A stretch of DNA of 58,645 nt, counting the filler, from Sphacelaria rigidula (lineage: Eukaryota): NCBI GenBank assembly GCA_964200075.2. It is 3 parts of 3 records of this genome, joined end to end, with 100 filler letters (N's around TTAATTAATTAA, not from the genome) between each part and the next. Parts side by side here need not be neighbours in the genome. Positions count along the whole stretch, not along the records: positions 19,585 to 39,067 come from CAXNAA020000662.1; 2 more parts are not named here. One strand, 5' to 3'. Of the stretch, positions 23,401-35,819 are shown piece after piece (positions within the stretch are counted from its first letter, which is position 1; each line of letters begins with the position of its first letter). Below the pieces are notes generated by a model. It was not told the origin of the DNA. It ran no database searches and worked only from the letters and a program-made list of their open reading frames with translations. The translations under genes and the position numbers were made by a program.

Positions 23401-24721
23401 ATGGACACGGAGAAGAACTGGGTCTACAGACATATCACAGTCCAACACACCGAAACACAAACGCCAACACCAACACCAACACCAACACAAAAGAGCACAC
23501 ACCTGGCGACTTGTTGGAGCAGGCGGAGGGGGCGGCGGCGGCGCACGAGTGCCCGCCAGAGGACGCGCTCGCTTGACCCCCCCCTTTCCCACCTTCCCGG
23601 AACGCTTTCCGCCGCCATCTCCGTCGCGCGTAGCCTTGTCGATGGTTCTCCCCGCTCCCGCCTTCCCTCCTCCTTTTCCACCCCCCCCCCCTTGGTCTTG
23701 CTGCCAGTCTTACCCCCAGTCTTACTTCCGGGCTTGCCGTTGGTGCCGTTGGCCTTCGATGTCGCTTTTGCGGCGTCTTTCTCGGCGGCGGCCACCTGTT
23801 CGCGTATGTGATTTTTTCACGACCGAGATCGGCGAAAAAGATGACCAGCAGGACTCACTACACAAACGGCCGTAATCGATCACAAAAAATGCATTACTCA
23901 AGTCCGTATCTGTTGTAGCGCACCCTTCTATTATCAACGGTGCATTTCAACTAGAAACGCACAGCCTTTTCCACTCATCCAAAAAATAAGTACCCATCTA
24001 AATCGCGGCCTTAAGTGCTTGTACCAGCCCACAAGATCAACACGATGCCAATTCTCGACAAAAAAAACACACCATGCAGCCATATGAAACTCTAGAAAAT
24101 CAAGAAAAAGTTGTCCTCACTATCCGAGAACGAGAAATAAAAAAGGAGAGCTCAAGAAATGAAAAGCAGCATGGTCGAGGTGAGAAGAGGCGATATGAGG
24201 AGCGCTGAAAGACAGCAGATTATTAATCAATTCAGCATGTATTTGTTGGAGAATGACATCACTACACTCATCTAGACTTCCTCGGAACGCCCGCAGGTTG
24301 ACAACTGCCTACCCTCGCACATTCATCCTGGTAGACATGATGTAGATCGGCACCTGGACCGTTTCATGGATCGGATTGATTAGCAGTGAAACCATGCCTC
24401 CTCCGATACTTGTATTAGGACGCCCCCATACACACACCACGCACAGATGGCGAGCGCCCAAGGTATTAATTTCAAGACTCCAGAAGTAGGTACAACAGCA
24501 CACATACCCACCACACGTACCTCTGCCGCGTGAGCGGTGGCAGCAGTGACCGCGCTTCGAGGAATCTTGATCAGCAGCCGATGCTTCGCCTTCATCTTCG
24601 GCTTTTTCAACTCCGGCTCAGAATCAGCAGTAGCAGAAGCAGTAGCAGATGACGTCGCCGACCCCACGTCCCCCACCGGGCTCGAAGGCTCTTCAGTCTT
24701 CACGGTCGACCACTCTTCCAT
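20426..24721 (-). CDS. Bromodomain protein, 5' part (probably p300/CBP-type acetyltransferase); exons 24721-24521, 23795-23503, 21495-21313, 20587-20426
   Basis: All junctions are GT-AG and phase 0. The last visible exon encodes [38 protein letters not shown] (bromodomain helix Z and ZA loop). Exon 2 needs a 1-nt correction in the C11 run at 23681-23691. The remainder is lost at the gap. The start ATG is tentative. Confidence 0.85.
21825..22859. mobile_element. Tc1/mariner-like MITE, family A, intronic
   Basis: TA|CCAGTTGGACCAGAGTAG ... TAGGCTGGCCCAGCTCG|TA. Homologous to both ends of 41462-43463. Confidence 0.72.
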
Positions 24722-25931
24722 CTTCAACGACCCGCGGTCAGCATTGCCGGTGATGCTTGAGGTGGCGCCGTTTTTCGGCCGAACTTTCCGAGATTGTCCC
24801 CCATTCTCCTGCTCATATTCAAGACACGCGACAGTTGGGCAAGTGCGGAAGGGATAGGGTATCCGTCGATGGGCGTGCAGATGACGCTCACGACTTGCAT
24901 CACGAACCAGGGACCTCAAGCATATGAAGCAGTCTCATATGTATGCTCGAGAAGAATTCGTGCATGATGACAATCATGCAAAGCACGGACAATGAAACAA
25001 ACCGTTAGCGCACAACCTAGCAAAAAACGAATACATTTCCAAGGCCAAAAAATTGCGCAAAATTTCAACGCTTGGGGATGACTTAACAAATGACGACAAA
25101 CTTCACGAAAAAACGAGGGGGGGGCGGCTGTGGACGGGAGAACAACTGAAGGATTTTCTCGGCCGCGCCGGGCAGACAGTTGGCAAAATTTCACCCTCTA
25201 GATGATATATGCTCATGACATGCGATGGACAAAAATATTACTGGGCCAACGACAGCTGCAATAGCTCTATACCGAACACTTTGTTACCGTATCGTACCAT
25301 ATCCCAACCATCACAACCGCCTAAGGTAGACGTGGACTGAGTTTTTCATCAGGCTCAACGAACAACAATTCCCATCGCTTCATGTTTCGAATGAAAGGAG
25401 GTTGCGTGAGTTACGCGATCTCTTCGCACCCCACGGGGCGTTTCGCTCAGAGTTTTCTCGCCGACAGCCCTGCTCGCAAAATCGTCAAAACCCCGTACCC
25501 TGGACAACAGACAGTGTCTAGAAGGGCACCGCGCACAGCATCGGATAGTCTGCGCACGGTAACAGACAGTAGATTCGATACTGTGCGCAATACATGACAA
25601 CGTAGTCTACTGCAATTGTCCGAGTGTACAACAATCATAAACTACTCAATTCTTATGCGTAAATGGACAATACACGAGTGGGGTCTCTTGTACGAATCTT
25701 AGTCATGACGATATTTCATGCCGGACAAAACAGGCCACACAGCAGGGGTCTGAGTGAAACCACAACAACCAGTGAGCGCGGAAACTTCCGGGTCAAGATG
25801 CCGATAGATGACGGTCTATTTCGAGCAGAATCTAGTTTCCGCGCGAAGAAACGCGGGAAGCCAGTAGCAAAGAAATTTCGACGAGATTTCACAGGGTGCG
25901 GGGGTGCTGATCCCTACGGGAGTGCTTATCC

Positions 25932-26255
25932 GAGGCGACCCGAGGATTTGTACGTAAACAATGGTTGGCACTGTGGAGATGCCGCCAACCGTAACGCTAA
26001 CCTTAACCCTAACCCCGACCAAGGCATACCGAGAACCCTCGGTCAATGGGATGCAGAGTGTTCCGTAGGCAAAGTGTGCGTTGCCAGAGCTCAAATCGAC
26101 GCCTTTCAGCCGATTTTGAACCAAAACACGTTCTGCACGAGCTGGGTTCCCTGCTCACCTGCCCCAGACCATGAATTTTCTCAGAACTTTGTTCAATCTA
26201 AAATCAAGTAAAATCGAGTACCAACCATTGTTTACGTACAAATCCTCAGCTACTG
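25932..26255 (+). mobile_element. MITE-like element, family D copy 2
   Basis: Perfect 8-bp TSD GCTTATCC (25924-25931 and 26256-26263). Ends GAGGC...TACTG. Perfect 27-bp recessed IR at 25942-25968 / 26221-26247. Internal CTAACCTTAACCCTAACCCC. Confidence 0.9.
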
Positions 26256-26339
26256 GCTTATCCAACCCTCCATGACAAGTGGCCCGGCAGGTACTCGGGG
26301 AGATCATGAACTCGTGCCGAGGGAGGTAACAAGAATGTT

Positions 26340-26641
26340 CAGCAGACTCAACCAACGTTGAGATACAAATGTCCGTGATTCACACATTACTTGATTTGAC
26401 CGTTTACAACGAGAATCGGATATTCAGTAGGGCTGACAGTCTCGTGTGCTCCTGACGTGCGCAGAACGCGTTTTCGTTGAAATTGTTTACCAAGGTCGCA
26501 CATTGGCTAGGGAGTGCGATGTACCGCCCTCGCCCGGGGGTTCTCGGTATGCGTCGGGTTGGGCTTGGGGTTAGAGGTAGCGATACTTACAAAATGTGTC
26601 AACCATGAACATATGTAGCTCAATACCGGTTAACTAGCCTC
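26340..26641 (-). mobile_element. MITE-like element, family D copy 3
   Basis: Ends CAGCA...GCCTC. TSD AGAATGTT / AGAATGCC (6/8). Collinear with 53836-54166. Confidence 0.8.
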
Positions 26642-29313
26642 AGAATGCCGGGCAAGACAGACAGAATGTATCCGCATATTTCGTCTCGAGACCACCCGGT
26701 GACAACCTGGCCGATATTGTATGCGAGGCTTTGGCGCGTGCGCCCAGCACGATATGCGAGACCACGCAATAGCGCAACAAAGTGTATGCACGCGACAGCT
26801 TCTAAAACTCAAGACGAACGTGCAGAAGTACATATGCCATAGTAGTCGTGCTGCTGGCGCGATCGCCGCATACGGCAGCCGCCGCGCGCCGCAACCGATC
26901 ACCGGTGGATCTCGGGAATCGTTCAAGTGTGACATGCGTAACGGGCAGGGCAGGAGCTTTTTAAAACCTAGACCCTCCGCCTCTGCCTCCGCCTCAATAC
27001 AGGCATGAGTGAGGGTGGGGAAAAAAAATAAGTAGACGTAGGAATGAGACGTGCCAGGGTAGGGACAGGGCGTACAGATAGATGAGGAAATCGGGAGCAT
27101 GGCAAATTCACGTTGATTGAAAACTAAAACGTGAGGCGCAGACGACATTTGGAAATGAAGCGAAGGGTGAGCGACGAGATTGAGTAATAACCCTAGGCAT
27201 CTGAAATCCCCGCTTCACGTTGAGGTTTTCCTCCGAGAGCTAGGTTATTTATGAAGTACAACGAGGTCGCGACCTCGACTCCTGACTTGGCGAGTTCACG
27301 GAAAGAATTCCCCTTTCCCCATGTGTTCACGAGTCGAGGCGTTCGTCTGTTTCAGGTCATCATTTTGCGCAAACAACTGACTAGGTACAGAAAGTGCATG
27401 TCAGGCACAAAAGGGTATTACGGCGAGGCTTTTTTGTCCCCGTCAGGTTCATTATTCTTGGCCGATTGGGGACATTTTAGACAATCAGTGACCGAGCGTT
27501 ACGCAACGGCACAAATGCCGCGGACGAGGCAAGACGCAGGTTTCCAAACTTCGGCAGCTGCGTGCGTAAGAAGTGCGACGGAAAGTATCTTCAACTGAGC
27601 TCCTCACCTATTGCATCTGGGGAGCGCAGGGTCTACTCACCTGTCGAAGTCTTGTGACATGTTCAACTGACGACACAAAGCAGTACAGCAATACTTTGTT
27701 ATGCAATCCCGTCAACCCTACCCCGGTGAAACAGGGGCAACCCCGTATCGCAGTACACAGCCAGGTTCACGTACCTAGTGGCCATCTCATGCTCTATAGG
27801 TCAACTTAGGGGAACATGATGAACGGCGGGGGCTAAATAAATAAACCAAAAAATATAAAAGTTTTGATTGTGTTTTTGTGTGCGCAGTAGGCCATAGTCG
27901 ACGAGAAGATACGACAAAATCATTGAAATGTATGTAAATTGGGTCGACTTTCGTCTCGGCCATGACATCCTTGCAGAATCAACACAAAAAATACGCACAG
28001 CATATCTCACGGTTCTCGACAACTCTCCCGAGTAAATGAATAATAGTGTGCAATTTTTTCCTGATGCCTGGTGAAAAATATGACTGTGCCATGCAGTGAG
28101 TCCAGCTGCGCCAAGCTCTTCTCTACTGCACACCACCCCCTGTTTCCACACAGCAGCCCTACATCTAACTCAGAAACCTCGAAATCCATTATTTTTCTTT
28201 CCTATCCTGAACTCACGATCTGATCTATTTTTCTCCAACAACAACGAATGTTAGGATCGCCCCCCTCCGAGGTGCACGTAAGATTCACGTCCTAATCTAC
28301 ACCTGGGCGCTAGCGCGGTCAACATCTCGTAAAATTTGGTATGGCACCACCACTCGAAGGTGTTGCATCTTCCGAGATCTACGTTATCCCATCAACTTTG
28401 ATGCTCAACAAAGAAGAATCCTTGGGCCGTTTGTTATGCTGAGAAAAACGAAGAATAAAACTAATGGGAAACTGCTGTCATCCCACGTCGTGTTACACCC
28501 AAATTGGGGGCTAGCCGGAATTCTTCCGACGGTTTAAAATGTAGTCTTTCAAGACGACGGTTTCAGGGTTACGTTGTGCAACAAGCAGTTTTCTCATTTT
28601 TTTGCCAGACTTACAGCAATTTCTCGGGAACAGTCGACGTAAAGCAAAAGCTGTAGTTTTTGGCAAGTTTCTGCGCAGCTCGCACTTTCTTTAGTTCGGC
28701 GCGGGACATTCCTTGTCTATTCCAAGGTGAAACTGCGCACACCGGAAAAATAAGAAAGGTTGTCGCAACTGTATCGAAATTCCGCCGTACAGTACGGTGC
28801 TAGCCCGCTCATGAGAAATATCTTCATGAGAAATTGAGCCTTAGATTTTCGAAGCGTAATAAGCATGAAGAAATTCATCGGCTGGGAATAAAGAATGGCC
28901 AAGATAAGAAATAGAGTCAAAAGACAAGAAGAAAAAAAACATTCTCCACGTCGTGCTCCGTGATGAAGAATAACACGGAGAGTAAAATGCTTCCAACGGC
29001 CGCCGTCATGAAAGGTCAGCAAAAAAAAGGGGGGGGAACAGGCATCATATCGTCGAAAGTGACAGCGAGTCATGCTTTCACGACTGTTCCACACTTCCTC
29101 CCCAGCCCAGGTACGACATAAATGTCTATACCTGACCATTCGCAAGGCTGTACGACCCGAGACATTTTCAACTCATGTGGGGCAACTACACGCGACCAAC
29201 ATCTTCGTTCATGAAGCAGTAAGAGTAAATCTACATCCATGAGCCAACATTGGCCGAACACGGCCAAGCATCCTTCGAAAACTTGCATCAAGAACTGAGA
29301 GACCCTTCATTAC

Positions 29314-32300
29314 CTTCTTGGAGGAAGGATGTGATCGTCGCTTGGGCCGTGACAGCAGCTCCGTCTGCCTAGCCTCCACACTCAACGTCAGTCGTTGCGC
29401 CTGTGTAGACGAAACACACCCACACCCACACCCACGAAAAAAAACGGAAGCAGGCGAGGGAAAACTCGTGAGAGTGTAGCACAGGGAGAATTCCTTTCTG
29501 CACTCTCATCGACAAACTCGTGACAAGAACACCAACCTACACGTATCACTTCCTATCTCGACCGCCGAGGTAGGCTCCTACAATCAGTAGCAGTGCACAC
29601 CCTTCCTCATGCACACATAGGGACCGGCCAGGTAAGCTCAAACAAACCAACAACGACGAAGCGAGAAAAGAGCGGAATACATTTTCATCAAGGTAGATAC
29701 GATTAAAAACAAGCGCAAAGGGGAAATGAATAAACAAAAGACGTCAACGCTTTCGTGGGTTTCCCCTCCCGCGGGCCTCGCTCCGTCCTCACGTGTGCCC
29801 ATCTGCTCACCTCTTGCATTGCGTTTGGACGGTACATACTTCCCTCATACTAAAAAGATGTTAGCTGGTGGTCAGAAACCCAATAAAAGTTCGCCTACCG
29901 ACTGGAGTGGCTTAGGTAAACACTGATCTACAGGGTAGTTCAGGTGTTTTCGATTCATCGTCCGTATTGAATTTGAAAAAGCGGTATGGTCCGGCACATG
30001 AACGTGCCCTGTTCTGGACATACCGAATAGTTCGGAGAGGTATATATACCGTGTGCGAACACCCGAATTTCAGTCGCTCTACCCATAAATTTCGACGTGA
30101 CGGTCGACGAGGGAAAGGGGCCGCCCAACCCCTCTCGCGATAAAAAATGGCGTAAACACCACAGAATAAACGTGGACAACTGAAACAATCAAGCAAGAAA
30201 GGCTGTCGTGTTGACCTTCCTCCTGTGTGATCTCGGCTAAATCTACCACATATACCGAGAGGTGTAAACTGGCGTGCAGAATAACTGGCATGACACAAAA
30301 CACACACACCCTTCAGAGAACCACCCTCGCGATTTACATAGCTTTCCTGCTCTGCCCCTTTTTCGTTACCTGCGCGAGCGACCGTTCAAGACGATCCAAC
30401 GTGTCCGCTTCCGTCAATTCAATCGGCTCGTCGGATGTCCCTCTTGCTTCCATGCGAGCCATCCCACTAGAGCCAGCGCTCGGATCATGAGAACGCGGGG
30501 TCATCATGATCATCGACGACTCCACCCTTCCTCCCGTCCCTCTCTCCGCCCCACTACCACCACCCGCCGCCACAGCCTCCTGCCGAAGCAGCATCAACTG
30601 CCGCTGCTGCTGTATCTGCAGCTGCTGTTGCTGAAGAGCCTGCTGTTGCTGCAGCTGATGCAACTGCATCTGCTGCTGCTGGTACTGCAGTTGCTGTTGG
30701 TGTTGCTGCTGCTGTGCCCACGGAGATCCTGGCGAGGACGCCGAGGACGAGGTCGGCGATGACGACCCCATCATCATCATCATGCCGACCTGGGGCGGAG
30801 GCGCCGGCAGGCATATCGATGGACTCGGAACACCACCGCCGCCGCCGGGTTTACCGCTGCTTTCGGGCTTCACCACCACCTGCGCGCCTCCGACAGATTC
30901 TCGGGTAGCCGCCGTTCCCGCCTCGCTTATGAGCATCTCTGGATTGTGCGGTAACAGTCCAGGCACCTCGGCGGCGGCCGCTGCGAATTTGGCAGTCGAA
31001 GCAGTTGCTCCCGATTGCAATGTCGCAACCACCGCCGATGTGTGCGTGTGCGGCGTTGCTGTTCGTGGCGCGATACCTCTACCGTGTTCGCCACCCCGAC
31101 GATTGTTGATGCTGTTGGAGTCTCTCATCAAACCCGCGGCACCGTTTTCGGCCTGCACGTCGTCTAGAACCTGTGCCCCAGGCTCGGAGCGCGGATACCG
31201 CAGCTGCTGCTGTTGCTGATGGTGGGTATGCCGCAGCGAAACACCGTTCGCGACAGCCAGCACACCACCCACCCGCTCTCCGCCTTCTGATCCGTATGCT
31301 TGAGGAGGGAGGGTTGTCCTCGCCCTCGCCCCTGCGGCCCCTGCACTCCGCCCGTCCCCTACTGTAGACTCTCGTCCGATACCATCGGCTACACTACCGC
31401 CACCACCACTGCCGTTGCCACCTCCGGCCTCGGCGGCAGATGCCACAAAACCAGCTACGGCCGCAGCAACAGGCTCTCCACCCGTAAAACCGCCTCTGGC
31501 CTTGTCGCCGGCATCAGCCCAGCCGCAACGGCAGGTCCAACCGAAGTGATTTCCCGCAGACGCGTTATTGGAGCAGGTGGGGCAGGGGTCGCCGCCAGCT
31601 GTGAGCGGCGGCGGCGCCGCCGCAGTAGGAAGTTGTTGTCCCACCGCAGCCGCCGCAGCCGCCGCAGCCGCTGCCGCGACGGCAGGCGGCAACGCTTTTG
31701 GTGAGGTAGTGGAAGCGCTCGTTAGGTGATGAGGGCGGGATGGCTGTGGTTGCGGAGCCTGATGTGCGGCAGTGGGGTTGACGTTGGTGTTGTTCTGGGT
31801 AGTGTGGTACTGATTGTTATCGCCCGGGGGAGGAGCCAGCCTTGATCGCTTGAGGTCCAGAGGAGCGAGGGCTGTTTTGCCGCCGCTAACCTGCGATGCA
31901 TTCAGTTTGAATAAAGTGAAGGAAACGGTAAAAACAGACGGAGGCGTGAATGTGTGTCCGGGATGTAAAAAGTGAAGAATGGAGGTGCGCGAAGTCGACG
32001 TTTCTTCTCGAACCTCCGGAACAGAACGGTTTCGGACAGGCCCCCGGAGCACTCAAAGTACAACCTGCACAAAAATGAAAGGGGTTACACAGAACTTGTA
32101 GTTCATTGCACGAGCTTCGCAGATTGCAAGGGGCAGCAAACGAACCACATCACTTGGACATTGCACTGTACTGTGCTGGCTGTGTTGCAGGCGGTACAGA
32201 CCGGACCATATTTGTGAAGTCTGATGCCGCAGTTGACTTGTATAGTTCGAAAAGGAGATGAACATGGTGTGTCTGCTTTTCGCGTACATTTCATTATGAT

Positions 32301-35300
32301 GTACGGCTTCCTCTGTGGTGACGGAAAAGAGCAGACGAAAACATGAAAACTCGAAATAGAATGCCTCACCTTCCTTGCTTCGACAGGGCACGGAGGAATC
32401 AGATAATGTTTCGTCGAAGCATTTTGACACGCTGTGATAGGAGGCCATGAATAAAACAAGGCGTTTCTCTAGAAGAGTTATCCAGAACAAAACTGCTCTT
32501 TATTGCGTCCCACATACTCCTTCCTACGAATCCCCTGGTGCGTTTCATACCTCATAACAGAGCATGGTCTACATCAAACGTCCACAGGTATCTGTCTGGA
32601 ATTTCCACGAAGCAGAAGCTGTAGTGAAGACACAAGAGTCACGTGATCAAAAGAACACGAAGGCAACGACACACTAAAAGGCACTCGAATCACCCATGCA
32701 CATGTGAGCGCCTGAGTTTTCAGTCAACAAGATTGTAAGGTGAAATGTCACTGAAACCGGGAAAATGTGTCACACACGTCAAAAAAATAGAGGTCAACTT
32801 CAAGACGTGGGTCCAAAAACATTACACCCCTGTACAAGACGTGAAAAATATGGCACTGCAGTAAGAGAACCTGTGTGGCTGCAAATGAAAAGGAGCAAAA
32901 CCGCTGCGTGCACGGAACTTGAACACCTGCCGTGGGAACAACTACTCTCCACCAGGCGATATCTACACCGCGCGTGAGGCACTGCAACGCAGAGAATGGC
33001 CCTGCACGGCACCCTACGTAGCGTGCAACAAGCTACGGTGAAAATGAAATAAAACATAAAACAGCACAGCCAACAGCAGATACTTTCGATTTCATGCCCA
33101 CTTGCTTACCATTTTCAAGCCTGGACATACAAGTGCAGACATTTCCAGTGGAGGAGAAACAGAAGAAAAATATATCCGCCAAATGAGATACTCGTATTAT
33201 AGATCATTCTCCCGGAGTCTTAGAGAAGTAGAAACATGACACCGTGTATCACCCAGTTCATACGTGGGTGGGTGTATTTCTAGGTGGACGCGACCAAACT
33301 TGACACATGAGTCCTGTCGATCTTAGCGAACTTGTAGAAGGGCCACGAACCACAGCCCGACACTGGGATGTGTTGTAATATGAAGTGAACATTTTCAAAA
33401 TGAGTACGTTGTCGTTTTCAACACATAACAGGCAACAAGAGTGAAGTACACGACAGTAGTAGTATAATAGTAACAGTTGCTTCGATGGTGAGCTAGACGT
33501 TGAGGGACGTTTTGTACGGTACGCTTGCTTACTGACTGTACTGTCCAAATACCACACATCAACTGACAACAAAAACAAAAATGAAGGGTAGTCCAGAAAA
33601 TCAGAGCTCTAGTAGTTCTCTTCTTCCACGTGTACATACGCCGTGCGCGCAGGGCTACTGCTCTGTACCGTACTGCAGTGAATCTGAAAAAGCCGGGGGA
33701 GTTTCCCGCGTGTTGAACCACACCACCGTACACTACCGGCTTCCAGGATCAACTCATGACCTCGCGTCCATTACAGGCAGAGGAACAAATGCAAGGTACA
33801 CTAGTTGCACGCTACGATGTTGGAAAGTAACGGCACAACGAGTGCATGAAGGTGCTGCGGAGCAAAATAAAATACAGAACACTTCGTAAATGATGCGATG
33901 CACATGACGGAATGTCCCCGGAACCCCCCTCGGCGGATCGGCGACAACCACAAAATAGCCACCAGAGACCGAACGCTAGGCTCGGGTTATCCTCGATGAA
34001 CACCATAGCGAAAACGGCTCGAACCATGTTCACATCTAACCATACTGTGCGGTTGGGTCAAGAGCGAAACGTGATCACGTCGACATGTCAGTGAACAATA
34101 TCGGCACGAACAAACCGGGGAAGAGGTTGTATGGTGTATGCCCAACAGGTGACCAGTGCGCAGACGGGAGATACAACGGCCAATAAGCGTGCTCCACACG
34201 AAACAACACTGTACTGTACGACTTGCACAGATCGCGAACTCTACACTCTGTTACAGTCACGAAACGTACAGTAGTAGTCAACGCCGAACCGCCCCATCGC
34301 TTCGACCTCGACATTCGGAATACCCCACATCAGAATGCAAACCTCTGTACGTCTCGTCTTCGCCTCGACAACGTAAAGAAGGCGTCCTGCAGGCATACCT
34401 AGTGCAGTAGTGCAACACACTTGAGATTCACAGTACTGTATCAGTGTAACATCACACAAAAGATGCACAGTTCACTGCCTTTTGGATCTTTATACTTCCG
34501 GCTACCCCAAAAACATTCCAACGCTAACCTGAATCCTAGCCCCAATAAGAGTGAGACCCTGAACCCTCGGGCAGGGGGGTGTACACATGGGGTTACCCAG
34601 GTAAAGTGTGCAACATTCTTGCTCGAATCTGCGCCGGGGGAAAAAATGGAACAAACAGCTTGCGCTTCTCCCGAGTGAGGAGAAAGCATGAAAATCTGAC
34701 TGGTCCAATTTTGAAAAGAAGCGGCGAAAAAACTCGGGAGAGGGGCGTCATCATGATGGTGGGAGAATCGATATCCTCTCAATCATATCAAACACCCACC
34801 TCCGTAAACAGAGGCAGGGGACACAGGGCGCGCCGCAGCATGCCCGATGAATACATATGATGAATACAGATGGAGGTAAAGACGAAATCTAGATCACGAG
34901 CGCTCGCAGGCTCGCAGTACGTTACACGTAGTGTTCAATCTGAGCAGACAGCACTCAGCACTTTAGTAATCGGGAACGGGCATATTATACATACACACGG
35001 TCAAGCGTTTCCAACATACAGATCCCAAACCAAGCCTTCGACTTTCAAAGCGGAGAAGAAAATTCAGCTCCCATCGTCAAAGTTAACGCTGTCACCGTAC
35101 TGTACTGACTGTGCTGGGTGACAGCACATCTCATGCAAAGTATATTCCTCGTTCCCAAGAACCAGAACTGCTGCGATCCCTCACTTCGATTGAAGCATTG
35201 GACAGATAGCAAGCCTGAAGTAATAACACGACGATGCCAAAAGATGGAGAGAAGCACCTGGGAATATAGATCATCTGAACAGCGCAACACCCCAAGTACA

Positions 35301-35819
35301 AAAGAGTACAGTGTGGGACTGCCCGGCAGTCAAGTACAACGCTGTACAGTCAGTAGTCAGTACACTACACTTCCATCAGAATGGTCAACCATACCGTATA
35401 TTTTCCCACCAAATGATACAGACAGACCGGAAGGATTCACATACCTCGGTGCCCGTATCGCCGTGCAGATTGTTACTTGAAACGACCGCACAACCCTCTG
35501 TTTCCTGCTCCAGCTGCTGTCGAGACACCGGTACTGCAAGCGGACGCTTAGCAGATGTAGTTTGTCCCGTTCCGCCGCTGCCACGGCTGCCACCGCCGCT
35601 ACCCCCGCCACCACCACCCGGAGCCACCGCGTTCAAAATCGTCGCTGCTGGTTTACCGCGAATCCTGATTTGCCGATTTCCGTCAGCCGCACGATTGATA
35701 TTACTTAAGTGCACGACACTTGCCGCTGTTCTCGTGAGGGTGTACCCTGAGTGATCTGTGTTGTCACGAGGCGGTGTACTAGTAGCTTGCTCTCCCTCCC
35801 CACCCACGTCGATCTTCAT
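29314..35819 (-). CDS. Uncharacterised Gln/Gly/Ala-rich protein; main exons 35819-35445, 31890-30370, 29400-29314; small internal exons and last exon uncertain
   Basis: A 1521-nt open exon bounded by CAG|GTT and CAG|GTAAC contains polyQ, polyA and CPTC-x13-CRC. It joins in phase 0 to AQRLTLSVEARQTELLSRPKRRSHPSSKK|GTAATG. Candidate extra exons are 34386-34343, 33120-33110 and terminal 28206-28189. A probable 5'UTR exon ends at 37069. Confidence 0.7.
30095..30309 (+). mobile_element. SINE body, same family as 39314 and 51189, with (CA)n tail
   Basis: Shares CTCTCGCGATAAAA, CCTTCCTCCTGTGTGA, CACATATACCGA(G/A)AGGTG and CAGAATAA..GACA..CACACAC with the other copies. Confidence 0.75.
34510..34650 (+). 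repeat. Degenerate internal fragment of family D
   Basis: CCAACGCTAACCTGAATCCTAGCCCC ... AACCCTCGGGCAGGGGGGTG ... GGTAAAGTGTGC resembles 7095-7170 and 25985-26080. Termini not found. Confidence 0.55.

Noticed and set aside
25663-26211. 182-aa ORF
   Set aside because: Half of it runs through a family D element and it has no recognisable domain.
30274-31704. Plus-strand ORFs overlapping the Gln-rich exon
   Set aside because: Antisense shadows of GC-rich, low-complexity coding sequence.
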